In this document: piece by piece, positions 1 to 6,830 of the stretch
Numbering within the stretch: the first letter of the stretch is position 1
Layout: each line of letters begins with the position of its first letter
Source: an uncultured virus (IMG/VR IMGVR_UViG_3300025770_000015)
Lineage: Duplodnaviria; Heunggongvirae; Uroviricota; Caudoviricetes
DNA: 64,000 nucleotides
Reading direction: 5' to 3' (one strand)
Virus record (IMG/VR): IMGVR_UViG_3300025770_000015
Program-made: the position numbers and the translations under genes
Notes under the pieces: generated by a model
What the model was told of the DNA's origin: nothing
The model's input: the letters and a program-made list of their open reading frames with translations, nothing else
Database searches by the model: none

Positions 1-11
1 TAGAGAGCATT

Positions 12-563
12 TTAGAACCCGAAGTTAGTGTTCTTAGCTTGCTTGGCTCGAATCTCTTCCTCTAGTTCATCACAGTCGTATCGAAGCATGATGGTTTTAT
101 CACTGTCGTCAGCGATGAGGGACAAGGAAGTTCCATTGGAGCTGTAAATGATACTCACCTTTGAGCTACCTTCAGATTTTACCTCTCCTGTACCATATTG
201 GCTTTTTAGCTTGGTCAGCATTGCTTTTAGAGCTTCAACCGTACCCCCGAATCGCTGTATCATACTCTTGTGATACCCAAAGAGGATTCTCGTAACGACC
301 CCATCAATAGAGAAATACGCAATCTTGTCCATATTCTTATACGGGGGATTGAAAGCGACAAAAACCACATTCTCGTGGTTTTGGAATTTGAAGCTCGCTT
401 TTTTAAAAGACTTTTTAGCGAGTCTTTTGATTTTGCTCTTGGGTGTCCCAAAGGGAACTCCCGTATCCACCATTTTGTAGGGGCTGTTTTTACAGGTGTT
501 CTTTGCAAATCCTGTTGTTGAGACAACCATCGTCATCAGTAAACACAAAGTTATTGTTCTCAA
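12..563 (-). CDS. Hypothetical exported protein
   Basis: 183 aa; N-terminal hydrophobic signal-peptide-like segment (MRTITLCLLMTMVVSTTGFA); TCATATAA motif upstream at 612-619. Confidence 0.7.
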   Translation of the reverse strand: MRTITLCLLMTMVVSTTGFAKNTCKNSPYKMVDTGVPFGTPKSKIKRLAKKSFKKASFKFQNHENVVFVAFNPPYKNMDKIAYFSIDGVVTRILFGYHKSMIQRFGGTVEALKAMLTKLKSQYGTGEVKSEGSSKVSIIYSSNGTSLSLIADDSDKTIMLRYDCDELEEEIRAKQAKNTNFGF

Positions 564-639
564 GTTTGAAATCCTTTCATGGATTGTTGTTGGTGAAAAC
601 TCACACTCCCCTTATATGATGGGGTGCTATTTTAAAAAT

Positions 640-855
640 CTAATCCTCTTTTTCAACATATTTATCCGAAATCTTTGCGATTTCAATGCCTATATTCGTA
701 ACTAAGTCATGAGCGTCAAGATAGAGATCGACTAAGGTTTGGAACTTAGCCTGGTCCTCTTGTGGGATGACTTTAGACTGAAAGCGTCTTAAAGACTTCT
801 CTTTACCCTCCTTAGTTTTCGACCTATTTTCAGCCCAAAAATCTTCATAACCCAT
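640..855 (-). CDS. Hypothetical protein
   Basis: ORF from ATG at 855 (MGYEDFWAE...), packed between neighbours. Confidence 0.55.
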   Translation of the reverse strand: MGYEDFWAENRSKTKEGKEKSLRRFQSKVIPQEDQAKFQTLVDLYLDAHDLVTNIGIEIAKISDKYVEKED

Positions 856-856
856 A

Positions 857-1081
857 TTACATCTCTCGATACTCAAAAGAACCATCAGAGTAACTAAACT
901 TCTGATACTTTGCGGTCTGTGTGGGAAGTGGTATCCATGAAGGGTTTACAAGGAAACTACTTAAAGAGTATACCTTTTTTTCATGATGGATAATGATCGG
1001 ATCTCCAATCATGGAATGCTCTATCTCAATATGCTCTATCTCACCACTTTTTTTGGTGAACTTAACTTTCATTTTCCCCAC
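857..1081 (-). CDS. Hypothetical protein
   Basis: 74-aa ORF co-oriented and abutting next gene. Confidence 0.5.
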   Translation of the reverse strand: MGKMKVKFTKKSGEIEHIEIEHSMIGDPIIIHHEKKVYSLSSFLVNPSWIPLPTQTAKYQKFSYSDGSFEYREM

Positions 1082-1163
1082 CCCTTATAATTAGCTAGAT
1101 AGGTTGAGTCATTGGGGGTATCGCCATCCCAAGTACATACCATGCCTGACTCAACCAATCTAA

Positions 1164-1236
1164 TGATCCATACGGGATTTGAACCCGTGTTGCTGGCGTG
1201 AAAGGCCAGAGTCCTAGACCCCTAGACGAATGGATC
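1164..1236 (-). tRNA. tRNA-Glu(TTC)
   Basis: Cloverleaf: anticodon arm CTGGC-CTTTCAC-GCCAG, T-arm ACGGG-TTCAAAT-CCCGT, acceptor GATCCA/TGGATC. Confidence 0.92.
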
Positions 1237-1288
1237 TCAATTAGTGCAACCTTTATATGGCTTTAAATCACCTACAAGTTTTTTGACG

Positions 1289-1543
1289 CTAGTTATTGGT
1301 GGAGTAGCTAGAGTCTGAGTTATCCTCAAGATTAGTCTCTGTGTCGAACTTTTCTCGGTTCTCTAGCCAACCCCTTGCGATCTGGTCTAAAAGGCTAGGA
1401 GGGAGGCTTACAGTGACCCTATCGCCCACGATCTGAACGAACCCTCCATGTTTATCTATTTGGAGGTAGGCATTCTCACCCTCAAACATCTCTTGGTAGA
1501 TATGAAACTCATCACCATGTGTGATTGTAGACTTTGTACTCAT
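1289..1543 (-). CDS. Hypothetical protein
   Basis: 84-aa ORF with AAGGA RBS. Confidence 0.65.
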   Translation of the reverse strand: MSTKSTITHGDEFHIYQEMFEGENAYLQIDKHGGFVQIVGDRVTVSLPPSLLDQIARGWLENREKFDTETNLEDNSDSSYSTNN

Positions 1544-1556
1544 GTGAAGTTCCTTT

Positions 1557-1621
1557 TAATAGTTTATTTATCTCTTCTCATAAGTGATCTCTTTAACCTT
1601 AACTACAATGGAGAAACCATT
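1557..1621 (+). promoter_or_regulatory. Conserved promoter/RBS module of the MRRSA-leader family
   Basis: TAATAGTTTATTTAT...TAAGTGATCTC.TTAACC...AATGGAGAA; close copies upstream of genes starting at 23782, 46544, 47153. Confidence 0.75.
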
Positions 1622-1906
1622 ATGAGAAGATCAGCTTCAGAAATCATTAATGAGCTTGAGATGAGGGTTGCTCGTCTTGAGAAGTCAGCAGGACAAAGGA
1701 TTAACTATCTTGATAATGTTATGGAAGGACTCGAAAGGTATAATAAAATAGAAATTCTTTCTGATTATAATACAAGAGATTTAGGCACTAAAGTCCATGC
1801 TCCACATCCGAATGATGTAAGAAGAGCGATTTCAAGAAATAAAAAAATCATGGTTCACGCTGTGGACGGTAGGACAAGGTTTACATTAAACTGGCGTCAT
1901 TTATAA
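1622..1906 (+). CDS. MRRSA-leader family protein 1 (putative virion cargo)
   Basis: ATG at 1622 after GGAGA RBS; leader MRRSASEIINELEMRVARLEKSA. Confidence 0.8.
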   Translation: MRRSASEIINELEMRVARLEKSAGQRINYLDNVMEGLERYNKIEILSDYNTRDLGTKVHAPHPNDVRRAISRNKKIMVHAVDGRTRFTLNWRHL

Positions 1907-1982
1907 TGGACAGGGCAGGATTTGAACCTGCGTACTCCTAAGAGGTCAGATTTACAGTCTGATGTCTTAGGAGTACCTGTCC
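1907..1982 (-). tRNA. tRNA-Tyr(GTA)-like with abnormal D-arm
   Basis: Acceptor GGACAGG/CCTGTCC, anticodon arm TCAGA-CTGTAAA-TCTGA, T-arm GCAGG-TTCAAAT-CCTGC; D region is the reverse complement of the variable region. Confidence 0.7.
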
Positions 1983-1983
1983 A

Positions 1984-2360
1984 AAGGGCTAGATTTCCTA
2001 TCCCTATAGTAAGTTATGCCCCACGAAAACCACAGGGCAATTTTCGGTCTGCTATGGTAAGCTCGCCCCCCTTAAACGAGTAAGGGTTGAATGAGTCTTA
2101 GGGTAGGGTAGGCTTAGACCCTCCAAGTGCATACTGCGATCAGCGTAGAGCCACAACACTGGCGTTATACCTAGTAATTTTAACGCCCTCTCTTTCAAGA
2201 GGGTGTTAGGAAGTATCAAAATTTGATTATCCCCGCTACGAAGAACATTCGTCATTTACGCCCCTCTAGTTTGCAGATTTCGACCGAGTAGTAAAAGAGG
2301 AACTTCTGTAAGACTAATGCCAGCCAAACTTTTACAGCAGACAAATGATCTTCGCCAATA
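1984..2360 (-). ncRNA. Candidate structured non-coding RNA A
   Basis: Several stems incl. CCCTCTT-GAAA-GAGAGGG; between tRNA genes; no credible ORF; strand inferred from flanking tRNAs. Confidence 0.35.
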
Positions 2361-2364
2361 CAAA

Positions 2365-2439
2365 GTGTACCCGCTAGGACTCACACCTAGTTCTCTTGCC
2401 TACTATGACAAGGCTTTATTCGTTAAGCTACATGGTACA
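2365..2439 (-). pseudogene. Degenerate tRNA-like element
   Basis: TAGCTT...AAGC D-arm, CTTGT/GCAAG stem with 8-nt loop, T-arm CTAGG-TGTGAGT-CCTAG, bulged acceptor stem. Confidence 0.55.
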
Positions 2440-2440
2440 T

Positions 2441-2837
2441 AAGCGACCCTTACTAGAAATCTAGCGATAACCATACTGTGTCCATCAACCACGAAGAACA
2501 CAATACAGGGTCTAGTTATCTCCCCAACCAAGAGGTTATAGGCTCACCTATTCTTTATAACAAGATAAAGAATAGGTGAACGAGAGGAATGAGCAGACTT
2601 CCTCAATGCCTTGTCCGCATCAGCGTAATGCCCTACTCCACCATTGTACATTTATGGGTTGCACCCCTCTTGGTTAGGTTATGTTGCGAACTCATAGTTC
2701 CCCAAGAGCTATTATCCTCTTTAACGGTGGCAATAAGAGGCGTAAACAACCCCCAGACAAGACCAAAGCAAACGCTTATCTGTTTCTCCATTCTCCCTAT
2801 GCGTCTGTTTGAAGAGTTCCTATAAAAGAACAGAAAA
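2441..2837 (-). ncRNA. Candidate structured non-coding RNA B
   Basis: 10-bp long-range stem 2526-2535/2666-2675 enclosing a perfect 15-bp hairpin 2544-2579. Confidence 0.35.
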
Positions 2838-2929
2838 TGGTCGCTCAATCTGGAATCGAACCAGAATCCCACCTCGAAGAGACAAAACCCCTATAAAGAG
2901 AATCACTAGAGGAGAATACCAATTAAGCG
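2838..2929 (-). pseudogene. tRNA-like element with encoded CCA and degenerate D/anticodon arms
   Basis: Acceptor CGCTTAA/TTGAGCG + ACCA; T-arm TCTGG-TTCGATT-CCAGA; central arms only weakly paired (G-U rich). Confidence 0.55.
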
Positions 2930-2931
2930 AG

Positions 2932-3003
2932 CACACCAAGTAGGATTTGAACCTACGACCTGCGGCTTAGAAGGCCGATGCTCTTCCACTGAGCTATTGG
3001 TGC
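2932..3003 (-). tRNA. tRNA-Arg(TCT)
   Basis: GCACCAA-TAGCTCAGTGGAAGAGC, anticodon loop CTTCTAA, T-arm GTAGG-TTCAAAT-CCTAC. Confidence 0.93.
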
Positions 3004-3389
3004 TAAAAGCTCCGTTTTGCCCTACTTTACGGAACAACAAAGTGGAGACACCTATGAGAAAGGTGAAGGGCGAGTTATTATACAACGAATCTCCTCAAAA
3101 TCTAAACTATTTAGACTTTGGTGCGTTACCTCGACCACCGCCACTAGGGCGACCAGTCGAAGATGGATAGTTAGGGTTTCCCATGACTATACTCCTATTT
3201 CAATGTTGTACTCTTAAGTGTGGTGGAGAAGTTCCTTAGCTTCTTAGGTCTAAGAGTTTGACCTACCTTGTTCTTTCTCAGTTCCTCACGATCAAGGGCT
3301 TTTGTGAGTTTACCGTCCTTGTGTTAGACCCCCCTCTACCCATTCTTTCTTTCATCCAAGGCAAAATAAAAGAAAGTAGAGGGGGGTAA
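3004..3389 (-). ncRNA. Candidate structured non-coding RNA C
   Basis: Many short stems and a possible 3' pseudoknot; lies between the two tRNA-Arg genes. Confidence 0.35.
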
Positions 3390-3461
3390 TACACTAGGTA
3401 GGGATCGAACCTACGACCTACACTTTAGGAAAGTGTTGCTCTTCCACTGAGCTACTAATGT
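3390..3461 (-). tRNA. tRNA-Arg(CCT)
   Basis: ACATTAG/CTAGTGT acceptor, ACACT-TTCCTAA-AGTGT anticodon arm, GTAGG-TTCGATC-CCTAC T-arm. Confidence 0.9.
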
Positions 3462-3558
3462 AAAGTTAAGTTCATATCGAGATTTCAAAGATCTTTGAAG
3501 CGTTCAACAACACTCACAAAGGTATTATACAAAAAAGACCCTCAAAGGAACAACAAAA

Positions 3559-3828
3559 ATGGAAGAACTTATATATCTTGAACCACGATCAACATTCGAC
3601 ACGATGATTCTCGGAGTGGCAGAAGGAACTCCCAAACTCGTTTATGACCTAGACGCTATGATTTCTCACTGGGTTAAAGAGTTTCAAGACAAAGAAACCT
3701 CAGAAGAGGAAGCTCACACAATGGCTATTGAATGGTTTGAGTTTAATGTACTCGGTGCATATTGGGGTGAGCATACACCTGTTTATGTCTCTAAGTCAGC
3801 CCTCGACCACATTGAAGACTGCCTCTAA
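3559..3828 (+). CDS. Phage hypothetical protein
   Basis: 89 aa; AAGGA RBS; C-terminal EWFEFNVLGAYWGEHTP resembles small proteins common in aquatic phages (recalled, not searched). Confidence 0.75.
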   Translation: MEELIYLEPRSTFDTMILGVAEGTPKLVYDLDAMISHWVKEFQDKETSEEEAHTMAIEWFEFNVLGAYWGEHTPVYVSKSALDHIEDCL

Positions 3829-4095
3829 GCTCTCTAAGAACGAGCCTACATCAAGCCCATCGTAGTCAACTAAGTTCATAGAGATGTTATTTGTGAGCTT
3901 GGTCTGGCTTTGAGTCATACTACTCCTAAGTATCGGTGTCTTTCGGTCAGTAGAACCAAAGATCTGGAGAAAGACACCTTCAAACTTTTTGTGTTCTCGA
4001 TTCGCAAAACTAAAGTCGATGTACCCTATATGGTTCTCAAATGTAGGGTCGATCTTCACTCTGCTCTTGACTACTAAAAGACTCGGCTTTCCCAT
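3796..4095 (-). CDS. Hypothetical protein
   Basis: 99 aa; start overlaps ligase stop. Confidence 0.55.
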   Translation of the reverse strand: MGKPSLLVVKSRVKIDPTFENHIGYIDFSFANREHKKFEGVFLQIFGSTDRKTPILRSSMTQSQTKLTNNISMNLVDYDGLDVGSFLESLEAVFNVVEG

Positions 4096-5054
4096 TAGAT
4101 CACTCCAAACTCAAAGGTACATTCCTCTGGTAGCTTATCTTCACGCCAACGCTCAAGCACAGGGTGTCGCAACGCTCCTGTAGGGTATTGACCGTAAGCC
4201 TTGATCTCAGCTACTTGACCTACATATTGCTCCATGTCTTCACGAGGTCCTGTCTCTCCAAGAGATCCAACGATACGGAGCTTTCCTTTTGAGTCATAGA
4301 AACCATAGTTTAATCCCACATATCCCTTGACCCAAGGATCAGTGTGAAGCCCCTCTGGGTAGAGTTTTCCATCTTGACGATAGACCTCTCCTGGTCGTAC
4401 TCGCCACTCACTAGGCTTTGCATTTGCGTCAACGATCACCACATCGTGGGTGTCAGTGAACTTATGCTTCACCCATGCACTACGACTATTAGCCTTGTAT
4501 GGTTCAGACACCTTCTTGAGCATGATACCCTCATGCCCCCGATCAGAAGCGATCTCCATGAGGTTTTCAGTTGTCCACTCGTTCATGTAGTAGAGCTGAC
4601 TCAAACTGATATGCTCCATGTTATTGCACTGGATTACAGACTCAAGGATAGCCCTACGCTTATCCCAAGATAGATCACCGACATACTGACCCTCATGGTA
4701 GAGGATGTCGAAAGCCACGAACCCAAGCGATGTGGGGTCTTCTGCTCTGAGATTAGAGACTCGATCAGAACCTTCTGCTCCTTGCTTCGGCAAAATCTCC
4801 CCATCGAGTAAAGTGCCTACTGGACACTCGTTTTGGATATGATCCATACGAGCGATGTCCTTGCCTATACGACTCCAAGCACAGGTTTGACCAACGAGCA
4901 TACGGTGTCCGTCTAGCTTCATCTCGCCCACCCATTGACTTGACCCTGCGATCTTCTCAAGGACATTCTTGCCCTTGTGAGAGCCTTTGGCGAGTTGAGG
5001 TCGGAGGAAGTCATAAGTTCCACATGATGATGTCTTTTCGATTTTCTTTGGCAT
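4095..5054 (-). CDS. lig: ATP-dependent DNA ligase (minimal)
   Basis: Motifs EMKLDGHR (KxDG), LLDGEI, FVAFDIL, EGIMLK, WVKHK, LRHP..RWREDK. Confidence 0.92.
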   Translation of the reverse strand: MPKKIEKTSSCGTYDFLRPQLAKGSHKGKNVLEKIAGSSQWVGEMKLDGHRMLVGQTCAWSRIGKDIARMDHIQNECPVGTLLDGEILPKQGAEGSDRVSNLRAEDPTSLGFVAFDILYHEGQYVGDLSWDKRRAILESVIQCNNMEHISLSQLYYMNEWTTENLMEIASDRGHEGIMLKKVSEPYKANSRSAWVKHKFTDTHDVVIVDANAKPSEWRVRPGEVYRQDGKLYPEGLHTDPWVKGYVGLNYGFYDSKGKLRIVGSLGETGPREDMEQYVGQVAEIKAYGQYPTGALRHPVLERWREDKLPEECTFEFGVI

Positions 5055-5074
5055 TGTTTTCTCCTTTCAAGAGA

Positions 5075-5389
5075 CTAAGCGTCATAACACCAATCACCGA
5101 TGGTGATCAGTTGGATTATCCCATTACAATAAGAGGGGGTGAGGTTAAATGGGGTGTCGCTCTCTGCTTTAGGGAGAGCTCTTGCTATTTCTTTTACTCC
5201 AAAGATGAGACAATGAGGATCATACCCAACAATAAAATCTCCATTATCCCAAGATACGAGTATCTCACCCCCATCAACCTCTGTTTGATAACCACCAAAA
5301 TTGATGGTGTTTAAGGCATTGATGTCAATGCTATTAATAGCATTTTTTATTGTTTCAAAGATGGCCTCTGCTTTTGATAACTCTTTCAT
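5075..5389 (-). CDS. Hypothetical protein
   Basis: 104 aa; AAAGGAGA RBS; GTGACCCCTTAT motif upstream. Confidence 0.7.
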   Translation of the reverse strand: MKELSKAEAIFETIKNAINSIDINALNTINFGGYQTEVDGGEILVSWDNGDFIVGYDPHCLIFGVKEIARALPKAESDTPFNLTPSYCNGIIQLITIGDWCYDA

Positions 5390-5440
5390 TTGTGTTCTCC
5401 TTTCAAGAGATTTAATAAATAAGGGGTCACGAACACCCCA

Positions 5441-5611
5441 TCACCAACCTCGAACTTTCTGTCGGCAAGCCTTTTTGTTGCGAGCCTTCTTACGGTCTTG
5501 GTGGGCATTTGACTTCCCACACCAAACATTGGTGCTACCTCCATTTGCGAAGTGAGCCTTACGAAGAGAAGCCTTTTGAGCCTTATGGGAGTCTTGTTTC
5601 TTACTAGCCAT
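5441..5611 (-). CDS. Small basic hypothetical protein
   Basis: ATG 5611 after AAAGGAGA; MASKKQDSHKAQK...; motif at 5657-5668. Confidence 0.7.
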   Translation of the reverse strand: MASKKQDSHKAQKASLRKAHFANGGSTNVWCGKSNAHQDRKKARNKKACRQKVRGW

Positions 5612-5656
5612 TTTGTTTCTCCTTTCAAGAGTTGTTCGGGCTACACTAGACGATAG

Positions 5657-5721
5657 ATAAGGGGTTACGCTTTCACTAAGCCCCTTATCTATCAAATACT
5701 TACAATACTGTAACCCCTTAT
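5657..5721. promoter_or_regulatory. Divergent pair of GTAACCCCTTAT motifs (putative early promoters)
   Basis: Minus copy 5657-5668 and plus copy 5710-5721, each pointing into its adjacent gene. Confidence 0.65.
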
Positions 5722-5780
5722 CTATATACTTAATGTGAGCATGATCGCTCCACTAACCTACTCCCCACTAGGAGAACATC

Positions 5781-5864
5781 ATGGAAGTTATCTTTTTTCT
5801 CTCATTACCGATCATCCTTGCCAGCCTGCTCAGGTTGGCGTGGATGCTCTCTGAACCATATTGA
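5781..5864 (+). CDS. Small membrane peptide (27 aa)
   Basis: AGGAGA RBS; MEVIFFLSLPIILASLLRLAWMLSEPY; below the ORF track size cut-off. Confidence 0.55.
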   Translation: MEVIFFLSLPIILASLLRLAWMLSEPY

Positions 5865-5898
5865 AACCCCCCACCTACTCCCAACAAGGAGAACAACT

Positions 5899-6399
5899 AT
5901 GAGTTTTACTTTTAAAACCACAAACAAAAATGCACTAGGATACTACCAACAAGCAACCACAGATCGGATCTTTTCGATCCAAGATCTCGTGGCTCACTGT
6001 GTCTCAGAATCAGGATCAGACTTGCAATCTGAGGGCATGAGTTTAGGTCGAATCGACCTCGCAAAAGGTGATGTGATCTCTCTTGACTTCAGTCTCTATT
6101 CAAGTCGGGAGGGTAAAGAAACGCTTGGGACGAATTTAGGTGGGGACTCGATCTCATCAGGGGTCTGGGGCAATCAATGGGTAGTGAACTTAAACGCTAT
6201 GACCATGAGTGGTGAAAGGCACTTGGTAAAGCAGTTTAAGTTCACTCAACCGATGTTGAGCCGATACTCCTGCACCTCCTCAGACGCTAGTGTAAAGCGT
6301 AAGCATACTAAGTTGGTTAAAGACCACTTAGAGCGATGCACAAGTGACATGAGCAGTTTCCTCAAACACTATATCAAAAGGGTTCAGGTTCAGTCTTAA
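5899..6399 (+). CDS. Hypothetical protein
   Basis: ATG 5899 after CCAACAAGGAGA RBS. Confidence 0.7.
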   Translation: MSFTFKTTNKNALGYYQQATTDRIFSIQDLVAHCVSESGSDLQSEGMSLGRIDLAKGDVISLDFSLYSSREGKETLGTNLGGDSISSGVWGNQWVVNLNAMTMSGERHLVKQFKFTQPMLSRYSCTSSDASVKRKHTKLVKDHLERCTSDMSSFLKHYIKRVQVQS

Positions 6400-6436
6400 A
6401 ACCCCTCGCCAACCACTTCCAACAAGGAGAAGAAAA

Positions 6437-6760
6437 ATGCTTCTAATCTGTAATCAAAACCCGAACAAGAGATGGCAATGGAACATCTTTCTTGATGGTT
6501 GTTTTGTTGGATATATCGACAAACACCAGACCCACATATCAGACACAACCCGCCTTTATTCAGAGTATACTGTCTTTGGTCTTACGAGTACACACAGGGA
6601 TAACTCGATCATACTGTCTTCAACCACAATGAACACACTCAAGGATGCAAAAGATTGGGTTCGCAAGAACCTTTCGACTAGAGCAGACTTCCTCAAGGCG
6701 ATTGCTCTCGCTCAATACGAGCAGGTTGAAGAATTATTCTTACAGCCTATAAGAACATAA
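6437..6760 (+). CDS. Hypothetical protein
   Basis: 107 aa; CCAACAAGGAGA RBS. Confidence 0.7.
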   Translation: MLLICNQNPNKRWQWNIFLDGCFVGYIDKHQTHISDTTRLYSEYTVFGLTSTHRDNSIILSSTTMNTLKDAKDWVRKNLSTRADFLKAIALAQYEQVEELFLQPIRT

Positions 6761-6778
6761 TATTCTTATAGGCTGTAA
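6740..6778. terminator. Perfect 16-bp hairpin between convergent genes
   Basis: TTACAGCCTATAAGAA-cataata-TTCTTATAGGCTGTAA. Confidence 0.55.
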
Positions 6779-6830
6779 AGGTAACCCCTAGATTGCCCCT
6801 AGATTGCTCTTAGAGAGGACTTTCCTCTAC

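Noticed and set aside
1448..1621. N-terminal extensions given by the ORF track for leader-family genes (also 45232, 46580, 47189) and for 22690
   Set aside because: They run through promoter modules or opposite-strand genes; RBS and shared leader fix the downstream ATG
2838..2929. Ochre suppressor tRNA (a TTA can be placed in a loop) and stop-codon recoding
   Set aside because: Stem is mostly G-U, position 37 would be U, and long genes end normally at TAA, TAG and TGA
3004..3330. RNase P RNA or tmRNA (AAGGAACTTCTCC...CAAAACGGAGCTT; CTCCACCA)
   Set aside because: P4 pairing is incomplete, spacing is too short, and no tmRNA T-arm or tag frame was found; left as unassigned ncRNA
1090..3461. 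Theta/HDV-like ribozymes at tRNA 3' ends
   Set aside because: No HDV-like core recognised directly after the tRNAs inspected
6785..6807. 11-bp tandem CCCCTAGATTG next to a partial GTAACCCC motif
   Set aside because: Short, with no downstream sense gene; probably a decayed motif or slippage
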